In this document: positions 22,191 to 33,195 of the stretch, piece after piece
How the letters are laid out: every line of letters starts with the position of its first letter
How positions within the stretch are numbered: position 1 is the stretch's first letter
The notes under the pieces: generated by a model
The model's input: only the letters and a program-made list of their open reading frames with translations
Told to the model about the DNA's origin: nothing
The model's database searches: none
Program-made: the position numbers and the translations under genes
From: Candidatus Thorarchaeota archaeon
Lineage (GTDB): Archaea; Asgardarchaeota; Thorarchaeia; Thorarchaeales; Thorarchaeaceae
Assembly: GCA_963726195.1 (NCBI GenBank)
Contig: CAVSBO010000003.1
Location: forward strand, 128,001 to 192,000
Direction of reading: 5' to 3'
Length of the DNA stretch: 64,000 nucleotides

Positions 22191-23110
22191 AGCGCCAACG
22201 CATTCTCCCAGTATATCCGTTTTAAGACGGCTGGTGATAATGACAAACCGTTGATGAAAGTACCTCCGGAGTTCTTGGTGTCTTCATCAACGAAAGGCAG
22301 CGGGACTCCACGGACATCGCTTTCCCATAACAGCCTCTCGGTGAGAAAGCGTCCCTCATAGTAGTCTCGTTCGAGTGTGCGGGCAACGCAATCGGTACCG
22401 AAGAGAATTCTACGCGAATAACGGGTCACGAATGCTCTCGCCTTCTTAACGTTCTTTCCCAGTTCTCTCGCCATCCACCTAGCAGATCCTGTGTCGACGC
22501 ATAGGTTGGGATGCGTGTCAAACATTCGTCCTAGGTTCTCAAGTCTTGGCAGCTCGGGCTGTGCGCCGAAGTGCGCGGCTTGGAATCTCAGTTGCTGGTT
22601 CTTCGACAGTCTCTTCTCGAACTCTGCGATATGGCTGTCCTTTGTTCCATAGACCTGACTATTGGAGTACTTGGTCGCATAATAAGTGTCAGGGTCAGAG
22701 ATGTGTATGACCACTGGAATCTTGAGGTCAGAGAGGAGGTCAAAGAAGGAACTGAATCCGTCGTCTTGAACGGGAGGTATCGGCTTGCCTCCTTCGGGAA
22801 TTCGGTCCCTCCAGAACGGAGCGAAATGTGTCTTAGCCACGGAATAGCCTTGCTCTCTCATCGCAAGGACTTCCTGCTTCACACCTGTGAAATCGTCAGC
22901 GCAAAGTGATGTGTTGAGGAAAAACTTGGCAAAAACAAAACGCCCCGGGTACATCTCACGAAATCGTGCAGCCTGAGCAGTGTGCAGAATGAGGAGGGCT
23001 CTTTCGACGCCAAACTTGCTACCTGTTTCCACCATGAGCTTCAAAGCTGCTTCGTCGGCTGCATGGGAATGGGCATCAAACAGCGGACCGTCATAATGGA
23101 AATCGGACAT
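22178..23110 (-). CDS. Amidohydrolase_2 family metal-dependent hydrolase
   Basis: FDAHSH, PVVIHISD, AAHFG, ILFGTD, IYWENA. Confidence 0.85.
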   Translation of the reverse strand: MSDFHYDGPLFDAHSHAADEAALKLMVETGSKFGVERALLILHTAQAARFREMYPGRFVFAKFFLNTSLCADDFTGVKQEVLAMREQGYSVAKTHFAPFWRDRIPEGGKPIPPVQDDGFSSFFDLLSDLKIPVVIHISDPDTYYATKYSNSQVYGTKDSHIAEFEKRLSKNQQLRFQAAHFGAQPELPRLENLGRMFDTHPNLCVDTGSARWMARELGKNVKKARAFVTRYSRRILFGTDCVARTLERDYYEGRFLTERLLWESDVRGVPLPFVDEDTKNSGGTFINGLSLSPAVLKRIYWENALALYES

Positions 23111-23256
23111 CAAAGAGGATTCCTCCCTATGTGCCACGCGAACAGTAGTACAAAACCGTTGAGATACGTGCCGCTCACTTGCCCCGTCGAGAGCGCCGAA
23201 GAGCTTTTCTCTTGGCATTGCTTGGTATCAGGCCAAATTCTGAAGGAATGTGAAGC

Positions 23257-23949
23257 ATGAAACGCGCCGTGCAAGTCGTGGCTGCGGTTACGGTCTTGAC
23301 GATGTGTCTGGTGTTTCCAGCCGCAGGGGCCAACCTTCAGGGACTGAAGTGGGGCTTCAATCCCGGTGACAAGATAGACTACGAGTTTACTCTGATGACA
23401 AGCCCGGCGTTGAACCTTAACGAAGGCATGTACGCCACAATGGGCAGTATAAGTGCGATTCCCAGCACTGTCAACCTATGGAGCGACATTCCGGATCCCA
23501 ACCCTTCCTTTGATTGGAGATGGACCAACGGTTCAGTTGTCCCAATCTTGCTATGGCTCTATCTCCTGCCACTCGCGACGTTTGGCGGGTATCTTGCTGT
23601 TCCGACCGGGAATTGGTCACTCCTGACAAGACTGGTTGACAAGATTCCACTGTGGCAGATCAATACCACAATGGTCGAGAACTCTGCGTACTGGGGCATG
23701 AGCCTTACCACCTCTTCTAGCGGAAAGACGATCGTACTCGAAACATCGTACTTGAAATCCGACGGCGTCCTTGCACGATATCATTGGACAGAGACCGACA
23801 TCGCCACACACGTGAAGGAGAGCGACTTGTCGCTGGTTAGACAAGGACTTCCAAATGACTTGGTGGTCTTCCTCGAAGGCAACTTGCTGTACATTGGAAT
23901 TGGCGTCGTTGTTCTTGTTCTGCTTGTAGTCGCCTGTAAGAGAAGGTAG
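23257..23949 (+). CDS. Secreted, C-terminally anchored surface protein (paralog 1)
   Basis: Signal peptide, QGLxW, YLKSDGVLARY, C-terminal TM plus CKRR. Confidence 0.8.
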   Translation: MKRAVQVVAAVTVLTMCLVFPAAGANLQGLKWGFNPGDKIDYEFTLMTSPALNLNEGMYATMGSISAIPSTVNLWSDIPDPNPSFDWRWTNGSVVPILLWLYLLPLATFGGYLAVPTGNWSLLTRLVDKIPLWQINTTMVENSAYWGMSLTTSSSGKTIVLETSYLKSDGVLARYHWTETDIATHVKESDLSLVRQGLPNDLVVFLEGNLLYIGIGVVVLVLLVVACKRR

Positions 23950-23952
23950 GGA

Positions 23953-23990
23953 GGATTAGGGGCTTTTGTCCCTTATCTGTTCCCTTTTTC
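23953..23990 (+). terminator. Hairpin/pyrimidine-run terminator
   Basis: TAGGGG...CCCTTA stem followed by CCCTTTTTC after the stop codon. Confidence 0.45.
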
Positions 23991-24161
23991 TGGGAAGCCG
24001 AGATTGGGTCTGTTTTTCATTCAATCGAATCTGTCGCTCACTGGCCTCTGTAGAACCTCAAGGTAGCCTGTCGTGAGAATGGGCCGAAGGCAATGTTTTT
24101 CTTCAAATCTGAGCCTGTTACAGGTACCATTATCAAATGGTTTCTATGGAGAAATGAACTA

Positions 24162-24866
24162 ATGAAGCGCACGCTACAGCTGTTAATCGCGCTTGCGATT
24201 GTAACAATGTTTGTTGCGTCCCCAGTTGCTGCAGCTTCTAATCAGGGGCTGTCGTGGGCAGTGGTGAAAACTAACGCTTACAACTACCACATGACCACAA
24301 GTGGAGTAACAACTGGTACGAATCTCAATGAAGCTTGCTTCATGAACATAACTGACGATCCTCCGTCCATACCGAATTCCATGACTACGTGGGCTCAGGT
24401 TCCCAATGTGGATGTCGACATTTTCTGGCACAATGGGACCAGCATTGGTATCTATGGACTCGTATTCCTCGGGATACTCCTCGTCGGTACTGGGTTTGTT
24501 GTGCCTATCGGAAACTTTACCCTCCTTGGGAATTTAATCAAGACCTACGTAGCTTGGAACAGCACAGCTACCACCTATGTCAATAGCACTCTCTATTGGG
24601 GGCTGAAGTACACACAGACTCAGACTAAGCAGAACACTGTCCTTCAGATGTCATTTCTGAAGAGCGATGGCGTATTGGCCCGCTACATCATTGATTTCAC
24701 CAACAATACATCACACGCGACCACAGACTTTTCATTCATCCGAGATGGCCTGCCCTCCGAGGGATTCGACATAGTCGGGTTCCTGCAGAATAATATACTC
24801 TACGTCGGTGCTGCGGTGGCTGTTATCGTAATTCTTGGTGTTGTCGTCTGCATCAGGAAGAAGTAG
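24162..24866 (+). CDS. Secreted, C-terminally anchored surface protein (paralog 2)
   Basis: Signal peptide MKRTLQL..AAA, FLKSDGVLARY, many N-x-S/T sequons, TM plus CIRKK. Confidence 0.85.
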   Translation: MKRTLQLLIALAIVTMFVASPVAAASNQGLSWAVVKTNAYNYHMTTSGVTTGTNLNEACFMNITDDPPSIPNSMTTWAQVPNVDVDIFWHNGTSIGIYGLVFLGILLVGTGFVVPIGNFTLLGNLIKTYVAWNSTATTYVNSTLYWGLKYTQTQTKQNTVLQMSFLKSDGVLARYIIDFTNNTSHATTDFSFIRDGLPSEGFDIVGFLQNNILYVGAAVAVIVILGVVVCIRKK

Positions 24867-24878
24867 TTTGCTTCAAGT

Positions 24879-24910
24879 CAGGGGCATCTGCCCCTGCTCT
24901 CCTCTTTTTT
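24879..24910 (+). terminator. Hairpin plus T-run terminator
   Basis: CAGGGGCA/TGCCCCTG stem followed by CTCTCCTCTTTTTT. Confidence 0.6.
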
Positions 24911-25221
24911 CGCCTAGTGTTTCCGTGACTCTACCCTGGTCTTTTTTCAACTTCGACGCTCTTGGCAATCGAGAACCAACCCTACTCGCAGATTCCGTTC
25001 ACAACCCTCAGATCGACTCATAGAGATTGACTTCAGTTTACGATTCCAAACGGTTAGCAGCCCACCGACAAAGACATCCAGAAAGCCCCTGGTCATGAGT
25101 CTTGAGTACACGGTCTCAAACCTCATCCGCGCGGTTCATGCGTCAATGCAGAATGCTTTTCTTCAAATCTGGCTATATTGTAAGCAGCACCATCAAGTGG
25201 TTTCTAGGGAGAGTTACACTA

Positions 25222-26178
25222 ATGAGACACATGCTACAACTACCAGTCGCACTTGCAATTTCGAGTCTCTTTCTCGTTTCTCCAGTTGCCGCAGCCTCTA
25301 ATCAAGGGCTATCATGGGCAGCCGTGAAAGGTGACGTTTTCAACTTTCACCTGACCACAAGTGGCGTAACAATGGGTCCGAATGTCAATGAAGCTCTCTT
25401 CATGAATGTGACCAGCGATCCTCCATCCATACCGAATTCCATCACTGCGTGGGCTCAGGTTCCCTGTCCTAACGTAGGCTGGTATTGGAGCAACGAGACC
25501 GCAATCGGCCTGTACGGGATCCTATTCCTCGGGCTATTGTACTTCGGTACAGCGTTTGTTCTGCCAATTGGGAATTTCACCTTAATTGGGAATGTGATTA
25601 AGACCTATACATCCTGGAATAGCACAGCTACCACCTATGTCAATAACACTCTCTATTGGGGGCTGAAATGCACACTGAATCAAACCCAGCAGAACACGGT
25701 CATTCAGGTGTCATATCTCAAAAGCGACGGCGTTCTGGCCCGGTACACTATTAGCGCCACCAACAACACATCCCATGCGACAGAAAGGATATCATTCATC
25801 CGAGATGGCCTGCCTAAGTGGGTGGTCACACCTGTTTCGCAGACACTGGCCTACGGGCAAGCACTGAGTTATCAGTTGCAAGCCTCTGATCCTTCTAGCA
25901 TCGGCCAGTGGCAGGTCAATGACACCTTACACTTTGCAATCAGCTCCGGCGGCCTTCTTACAAATGCGTCAACTCTGGCAAGCGGCACGTATGGGGTCGC
26001 TGTCACGGCATATGACATGTACGATGGCCATTTCACTGCAACATTCAACGTTACAGTCCAACCCCAGGCAACAATAACGTTACCACCTTTGGGCATTCCT
26101 CTTTTCGTTTGGCTGGGTGCCGGTGGCGGGATTGTGGCGGCGGTCCTGATTGTCCTTCTGCTTCGCCGCAGGTCTTGA
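25222..26178 (+). CDS. Surface protein (paralog 3) with added Ig/cadherin-like domain and different anchor
   Basis: Colinear with paralog 2 up to IRDGLP, then PKWVVTP...YQLQASDPSSI...TFNVTVQ, TM and RRRS. Confidence 0.85.
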   Translation: MRHMLQLPVALAISSLFLVSPVAAASNQGLSWAAVKGDVFNFHLTTSGVTMGPNVNEALFMNVTSDPPSIPNSITAWAQVPCPNVGWYWSNETAIGLYGILFLGLLYFGTAFVLPIGNFTLIGNVIKTYTSWNSTATTYVNNTLYWGLKCTLNQTQQNTVIQVSYLKSDGVLARYTISATNNTSHATERISFIRDGLPKWVVTPVSQTLAYGQALSYQLQASDPSSIGQWQVNDTLHFAISSGGLLTNASTLASGTYGVAVTAYDMYDGHFTATFNVTVQPQATITLPPLGIPLFVWLGAGGGIVAAVLIVLLLRRRS

Positions 26179-26180
26179 GA

Positions 26181-26270
26181 CAGACTCTCGGCCTGTACAT
26201 CGCGGCTTGCGTGGTCGTCATTGTACTCATTGGCGTAGTAGTGTGCCTGAGAAGGAGAAAGGTGACCTGA
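26181..26270 (+). pseudogene. Stranded original C-terminal anchor of paralog 3
   Basis: Translates QTLGLYIAACVVVIVLIGVVVCLRRRKVT*, matching paralog 2 QNNILYVGAAVAVIVILGVVVCIRKK; out of frame and after the paralog 3 stop. Confidence 0.7.
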
Positions 26271-26316
26271 GCGGCTTCCGCCCCTTCTTTCCTTTTCTCC
26301 CACAATGTTTGTTGAC

Positions 26317-27672
26317 TCAGTCTTGATTTTTCTTCATCCTTGAGTCCTTCGACAAACGGGACCAGAGCGCTTGTGCGGATTCCCTTGACGTCGCTGAGAC
26401 TGAATCATCAGAAGCCGTCTTCAGTTTTCCATTCCACACTGCTGGTCGACCATTGACGAACACATGCAACACATCCCGTCCTGAGAACGTGTTGATCAGA
26501 TGAGCCACGACGGAACCAGAATCAACAGGGGTAGGAACCCTGGAGGCATCAAGGACAACTATGTCTGCGAGTTTTCCAGACTCAATGCTTCCAATGATGT
26601 TGTCAAGTCCGTAGCATCTTGCGCCTTCAATCGTAGCCATCCTGAATACTTGGTCTGGACCAATCACACTCGGATTCCGCGTTGCAAGCCGGTGGACAGT
26701 CAATGCACACCTCATGTTCTCGAAGGGGTCGAATATCCAACCGTCATTCCCAAGGCCGACCTTTATGCCCCTTGCCAACATGTCAGGCACGGGCGCAGTG
26801 CCGACAGCATTCAGCATATTGCTCATTGGATTGTGGGCCACCGCTGCTTGATACTTGCTAATGAGATTGAGTTCATTCCCGTTGACGTGTACGCAGTGTG
26901 CCAGCACAGTTCGCGGCCTCAAGACACCCAGTCTTGCGAGCCGTTCGACCGTTCGTTCACCCTTCTTTTCCAGATTATGATAGAGATCTACGAGACCTTC
27001 TGAAGTATGAATAGTCAAAGGAATTCCATTGCTGGATGCGACTTCTGCACCTTTGGCAATCACCTCATCGTCAACAGTAAACGAGGCATGAAGGCTGACC
27101 ATCGCTGAAGTCAATCCCTTGATTCTTGCGCAGGCCTTCGCGAAGCGCACATTCTCTTTCATGCCGCGCGCGGCTTCATCAGTGCCGTTGCGTTCTGTGA
27201 CTTCAAAGGCCAGCATCGATCGAATCCCGATTTGTTGTGTTGCCTCAGCAATTGCATCGAGCACGCCCTCTATTGAATTAGGACCTGAGTACGTGTCAGC
27301 AAAGAAGGTTGACCCATTGCGAATCATGTCTGCCGATGCGGCCAGTGCACTTGCTTTCGCATCCTGAACCGTCAACGCTTCGTCAAGCGGCCACCAGACC
27401 CTCTGAAGAATCTGGGCGAAATCTGTCGGTGGTTCTATGTTGAGTGATGCTCCTCTAAGAAGAATCCCATACAGGTGGGTGTGGGCAGTGATAAGACCCG
27501 GAATGATGACACAGCCGGATGCGTCGACTGTCACATCTGACTTGGTGCGCGGTTCTCCCTTGCCAACCTCTGCAATCTTGGTACCTTCGATTCTAACGAA
27601 ACCAAGAAAGATTCTTCCCTGTGCATCACCCGTGACAATCAGCCCGTTCTTGATCAGAGTGGATTCCGCCAT
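26317..27672 (-). CDS. Amidohydrolase, SsnA/MtaD-like nucleoside deaminase family
   Basis: PGLITAHTH, SLHASFT, IHTSE, LAHCVH, HNPMSNM, GLGNDG. Confidence 0.9.
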   Translation of the reverse strand: MAESTLIKNGLIVTGDAQGRIFLGFVRIEGTKIAEVGKGEPRTKSDVTVDASGCVIIPGLITAHTHLYGILLRGASLNIEPPTDFAQILQRVWWPLDEALTVQDAKASALAASADMIRNGSTFFADTYSGPNSIEGVLDAIAEATQQIGIRSMLAFEVTERNGTDEAARGMKENVRFAKACARIKGLTSAMVSLHASFTVDDEVIAKGAEVASSNGIPLTIHTSEGLVDLYHNLEKKGERTVERLARLGVLRPRTVLAHCVHVNGNELNLISKYQAAVAHNPMSNMLNAVGTAPVPDMLARGIKVGLGNDGWIFDPFENMRCALTVHRLATRNPSVIGPDQVFRMATIEGARCYGLDNIIGSIESGKLADIVVLDASRVPTPVDSGSVVAHLINTFSGRDVLHVFVNGRPAVWNGKLKTASDDSVSATSRESAQALWSRLSKDSRMKKNQD

Positions 27673-27796
27673 GATGATCATCCCTGTGCATGAAGCGATC
27701 ACGCTCAGTGATATGACACCATGTGTCAGATGGGGCGACCTAGATGGAGCTTTCGGCGCGATATGCAAACGGGACCAAGGTCAAGTAATCCTCGCA

Positions 27797-29325
27797 TTAC
27801 GGTTCCATGTCGGCCACACTTAGCCTGTCCTTGCCTGACCGGTAGACGATACCATCCCGCTCAAGTTGCTCCAGCGCCAAATCGAACTCTCTGTCATCCA
27901 GTCCCGAGGACGCAGCATTGTTCTTGAGCTTGGAAATCTCTACCTCCTTCCCCGTCACAGCAGTCATGCTACGAAGCAACCTCATGAAAGTGTCAGCGGG
28001 TGCATATTCTGTTCGTCCGGAAACAGGCTCGGCTTCAATCTCGGTCGTGTCCTCGGCTGGCACTGAGTGCCGCGCTTTGGCGGCGTCTCGTGCACCGACA
28101 AGAGCAGCCATTAAATCCGAGCTGGGATGTAGCTCGGCTTCACCGGTTAGTTTGCGCGCGCCAATATCCTCCAGACTCACACCTTGAGGGGCTTCGGTGC
28201 TACCACTTGCCTCTTCTTCTTCTGAGATAACAGGGATTGGAAATGACTCGACGAGACTCACTCCGAGCCAGCTAGAATCAACATCACCGTTTGTCGTAGC
28301 CGCTTCCAGCAGCTGAGCTCTGAATTGCTTCTCTATCTTGTCGCGCTGAGCAGAGAGATTGGAATCGCGACAAACCTCCGACCCGAGCCGCAGCAAAATC
28401 CTCCCGGCGAGTCCGTGCACCCTAGTGTGTGGATCCCGCACGAGATACTCCAGTATCTTCAGAAGGGGAAGGAATCTGGAGCCTCTGATGCTCATGCTGT
28501 CCAACAGTGCCTGCTTCACGCGCCAGTCTCCGTCGGCGACAAGGTCCATGACAATCCCCGCTGGCGCAGTGACTCCCTGCTTGGCCACGGTTTCTGCAAC
28601 CTCAGACCTGACCTGCCAGTTGCCATTCCTCAGGAACGGATGCAGGTACTGCACTGTTTTTGGGTCGATAATAGGACATATGTACGGAAGCAGGTCAGGC
28701 CTCTTCTCAGCTGATTTCTGGCAGAACATCTTAAGCAAGTTGGCGCGCGTTGCCACTGGAAACGCCGTCAATCTCTGCACACTACCGAAGCTCATTGTCT
28801 CCACGCGCTCGGAGACAAGCTCCTTCGCCCACTGTGTGCCAACGCTTCCTAGAAGAGCCATGATGCCCACAATTGTCGGCTGATGTTCCCTTCCTGAGAG
28901 ACTGCAGGGCCTCTGCCCACCTCTTCTGTTCTGTGAAGGATTTTGGACCGGTCTGAATGAACTTCTCCTCGATTGCCTGAAGGACCTGCTCGCGCTCAGC
29001 AGGATTGACTTCCTTCAGCTGTGACATCAGCTGTCGGATGTATTGCCCGTATGCATTCTGACCGGCAACCCTGAGAGCAGTCTTTCTCATAACGGGGTCA
29101 TCGGCTTTGGACACACTCAACGCTTTCGCCAACAGAGTTCTCAGCTGTTGGCTGCGCGGCGAGGTGGCTTGCAGCTTCATACATGCTTTCCAAGATTGGA
29201 GAATCCAGGCTCCACGCAATATCGCGGAGTTGCTTGATTGCCTTCCGCTCAGCCTCTGACGTGGTTGACTTCGTTGTCTTCGGCTTTGCTGTCGTAGGCT
29301 TCAAACAGGTTCTCTCCCATCTCAC
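27797..29325 (-). CDS. HEAT-repeat protein with acidic linker and C-terminal winged helix; frameshifts near 29140 and 28870
   Basis: Repeats DDPVMRKTA, NWQVRSEVA, DWRVKQAL, DPHTRVHGLA; C-terminus FDLALEQLERDGIVYR. Spans ORFs 29098..29325, 28782..29219 and 27797..28870. Confidence 0.7.
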
Positions 29326-30241
29326 TTGTGCGCACGCTTTGTACTCTCCCGCTTCGCCGGGCTTCTTCCGGCTCTTGACCTTGGACGACTAGGCATCGGA
29401 ACGTGTTTTGAAGCTGCTCCTTCTTGGGGATGCCCCACATACTCCGTTAGGTTGGTCTGCACTGCCAGACGCCGGCTTTCTGTACCTCTCGTTGGCTTCT
29501 TCCCCACAGACGCCTTAACCGGTCCGCCAACAATTGTGGCTTGTTCTGTGTCCGAGACGGGAGCAATAGCGATGTCCTCACCGATTTCAAGGTCTACAAG
29601 CATATGCTCATAGCTCTCAAGTAATGCCGCCGCGCGAGGATCGTCCTCATCCAGTTCATCTTCCATGATGGCAAGTTGCCTGAGCAGTGTTCGTCCGACG
29701 ACTGAACTGGACAATCGTCTCAAGTCCAATTCTCCCTTCAGGGCCTTGGGTTTAGCTTCTTGAATTCATCAAGCTGGGCTTGTCGCAAGGAAGGCAGAAG
29801 GAAGCCAAGTCCATCTGTCGCAAGACCGATTGTTGTCAAGTACTTAATCTCGCCCTGTCCAATCATGTCAGATACAATGCCTGATGCATATTCTCTAATA
29901 TTCCGCTGTGCGTCTTTCCAAGAATGCTGCTTGGTAATCTTCCGGACAATCTCCTCTGTGCTCACGTCGAGGACCAAACTGAGGGACGTCAGACCCAGTG
30001 CTCCGAACACAGCGTCTCGCAACAAGAGCAGCGTATTTGACAAATCAGCATCTGGCTCTTTTGTGAGGGATCGCTTCTCAAGGAGCGAATAGAGTGTGTG
30101 CCAAGGGTACTTCGTTTTGTCGGTCCAGTATCCTTCGAACGTTTCGGCGACTGCAGAAATGTCACCGCGCCTACTCATGTCACTTACCATGTCGACAAAT
30201 GCCATCTTGTCCGTGGCGACACTTCGGCGCTCGGTGGCCAT
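29322..30241 (-). CDS. Hypothetical helical protein; probable frameshift near 29745 joining two ORFs
   Basis: ORF 29738..30376 (ATG 30241) can be joined via ALKGELDLRRL to ORF 29322..29729. Confidence 0.55.
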
Positions 30242-30357
30242 GGTCAGTCCTCCGCTCGTTTGACAAGCAAGAGACTTGCACATGGTGCTTTTGATTGTAT
30301 CGTGCCGTCGGACTGCGCTTTCAAACCAAAAGCATGCCTGAACACGGCAGTGGCCGA

Positions 30358-30899
30358 TTAAGGATGTGGAATCCATCTTCTGACTCTATACACGTAGTCC
30401 GCATATTCATCCCCAAACCTCTCGGCAAGGTCTCGCTCTTCAAACGCTGCGATTCTGTCGTAGAACACGAACATGACAGCAAGAATGTCTAGGCAGAAGA
30501 TAGAGCAGGTTGTCACAAACAATCCCAAGTCCATGCATAGGCTTCCCAAGTACATGGGATGCCGCACATGGGCGAAAACGCCGTTGTCAATCACACGAGG
30601 AGGATCTCGCACTTCGCCGAAGACAACTCGATCGGTCACCCGAGAACAACCACATGCCCAAGACAAGGAAGAAGCCAGCAATTGGAAGGCGAATATACAG
30701 TGGCACATAACCCGCGAGTAGTGTCGAGATACCGAAGATGAATGAATCCGCCACCCAAATAACGAAGAACACGAGCTGGAAAAGCGCTTGACCTCGGTCA
30801 CCCCACGGATGCTCTGGACCTAGATCTGCCCTTTCAGGTCTGTGGGGATTGCCTTCGTGCGACGTACTACCGCCTTCTGATTCTTCACTAAGCCGTCAT
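30358..30899 (-). CDS. Isoprenylcysteine carboxyl/phospholipid methyltransferase family (ICMT/PEMT), frameshifted
   Basis: GVFAHVRHPMYLG and EERDLAERFGDEYADYVYRVRRWIP; N-terminus EHPWGDRGQ..FFVIWVAD in another frame. Confidence 0.85.
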
Positions 30900-31001
30900 A
30901 TCAGACTATGCATTTCAGTAGACTGCTGAGAGATGCGTGAAAACACCTTTCGTGTTTCTACTTCTCAAAGGTTTGCCCGGTCTCGCTCGGCACAACGCGA
31001 C

Positions 31002-31623
31002 TCATCCAAGTAACACTCGAAGGCCGCTCCGCCAAATGGCCTCACCCATGCGTCTGTATCCCTCAATGCTCAAGTGAAGACCGTCGCCACTATCGAATTC
31101 TGCAACCAGCAGACCTTTCTCGTCTGACAGGTTGTTGAATAGGTCGACCACTAGCAGATTATTGTAATCCTTTCCTGACATGCGAATTGTTCTCGTTAAG
31201 TCGAGCTTGTGTTTCTTGCACCCCGGGATATGCAAATCCTACCGGCGGAATCGTGCATGCGATGACTCGCGAACCTCTGTCGAGCGCATGCTCCCAAAGC
31301 GACTTGACGTGAGAACAGATTGTTTCCGAGTCACTCCCCCATCCAACATCGTTGCTGCCTGCTAGGATTATGACAATGTCATAGCTGCGCAGGTTCATCG
31401 CTTTCCTAAGACGTGGCAACATGTGTCGCGCGAGCTCACCAGGCACACCCTGATTATCGAAATCTATGTCAATGCCGTCTTCCTGGTTTGCCTGTCTGGC
31501 CAGCCAGTAACCATACTGGGATTTCTCGTCCCCCGAAAGATCGAAAGGGTCGTAGCCAGGTGTGCCCGCAGTTAGACTATCACCAAAACCTAAAACCCGA
31601 ACGACTGCTTCACTTCTGGCCAA
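31002..31623 (-). CDS. SGNH/GDSL hydrolase, frameshift near 31190
   Basis: FGDSLT, NQGVPG, LAGSND; DGLHLSIEGY in ORF 31002..31235. Confidence 0.9.
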
Positions 31624-32167
31624 CTGCTTCCAGCTCTTTGCAGACCTCTGTCTTTCTGACGAGGAGAGTCTGCCCACGCTTTATGAGCTCTTCGAGTTCG
31701 TGCTGGTATTCGTCTCTGTCAATGCGACCTTTCTCGTATCTTCTTTCAAGGTCTTCTCTTTGCCGTCTCACTTCTTCGATTTCGGAATCTATGGATTTCT
31801 GTTTCACCTTCAACAGAATACGGTTCTTCCCTTCAGACGAAGAGACGGGTACAGTCTTCATCGAACTGACTATTTGACCTTGTGAACCCGAAAGCTTGAG
31901 TGGCTCGGTTATCTGTACGGCAATCGCATTGCTAGCGGGTTCAGAGGAAACGGAGCCAGCAGCGCTCATTCTCGGACTCGTTTCTGGCAGTCCCTCTTTC
32001 AACGTGCTCTTCGCAATGGGATTGCCCTCAGTTCCACCATCTGGCGTCTGACCTTGTTCCTTCGCGAGCCTTGACTTCTCACTGGTCAACTTGATCAGGA
32101 GCTCTCTATATTTCTTAAGACGCTCTTCAGGCGTGAGCACGTTTGATGCTTCAAGACCACTCGGCAT
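31610..32167 (-). CDS. Coiled-coil hypothetical protein
   Basis: N- and C-terminal heptad-rich helices separated by a low-complexity linker; YEKGRIDRDEY SHOCT-like motif. Confidence 0.65.
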   Translation of the reverse strand: MPSGLEASNVLTPEERLKKYRELLIKLTSEKSRLAKEQGQTPDGGTEGNPIAKSTLKEGLPETSPRMSAAGSVSSEPASNAIAVQITEPLKLSGSQGQIVSSMKTVPVSSSEGKNRILLKVKQKSIDSEIEEVRRQREDLERRYEKGRIDRDEYQHELEELIKRGQTLLVRKTEVCKELEAVGQK

Positions 32168-32340
32168 TATGTATTGCCTCCGACATCACAGGACGCAAAC
32201 ACAGGATGTGAGTGAACGAGTCCCGTCGTATGTGCCGAAACAGATGTATTAAGGATACTTCGCTTGAGTTACCACGAAAAAATGTTTGAGAGAAGGGAGG
32301 AATCGAGTAGCAAGACCTACGAACCACGCCTGATTTCTCT

Positions 32341-33101
32341 CTATGGTGCGTCCAGCTTGGTTATCGCTTCAAGCGCGACTCCGATCATCCTCTTCTCGCC
32401 CGCTTCAAACTCGTCCACTCGCTGACCCTTGTAACGATTCTCGCCTGTCATAAGGTTTGAACCCGCGGTGAGTATTCCCGCTGCCCTCTTGCCAGATCCA
32501 TAGCGGCAACAAGAATGCCAGAGAGCTCCATGTCAATGCCGACCGCACCCAACCGTGCATACTGCTTGTTAAGTTGTGGCGACCGATCCCGCATGTAGAA
32601 GTTGTCACATGTGCGTACTATGCCAGTGTGATACGTGACTCCCGCTTCTCTTGCAGAGTCAATGAGAGCAAGAAGAACATCCAGATTCGGGATTGCGGGG
32701 AAAGACAGTGGGGCATACTCAAGAGTGGATCCTTCGTCGCGAATGCAGCCCGTTGCAATAATAACGTGGCCCAGTTCTATTCTACGCTGCAGTGTGGCAC
32801 ATGATCCAATTCTGATGAATGTGTGAGCCCCGATGGCGGCAAGCTCTTCCACCGCCGTCACTGCACTGAAGCACCCCATCCCTGTCGACATCACGGTGAC
32901 ATCAACACCCTTGTATTTTCCAGTAAAGGTCAGGAACTCTCTATGCATTCCCTTTTCCTCCACCTCGTCGAACATCGTGGATGCAGTCTTCGCTCTTTCC
33001 AAGGAGCCTGGAAGCAGTACGTAACCTGCAACATCACCCTCTTTCAGGTTGATGTGCGGCACGCGACCATCAGGATATCTGAGAATAGCGGGATGAGCCA
33101 T
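32341..33101 (-). CDS. Uridine/purine nucleoside phosphorylase, frameshift near 32495
   Basis: VLLPGS, HREF, STGMG, FIRIGSC, IRDEGST, IDME; rejoined end KRAAGILTAGS...KLDAP*. Confidence 0.88.
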
Positions 33102-33195
33102 ACAGCTACGATTGGCTTTCCGATACTTAATGGTTCCGCGGAACTGGACTGGACCTTCTTGGCGCGCCCTGAAGTTGACGAGAAGGTGCCAGCCA

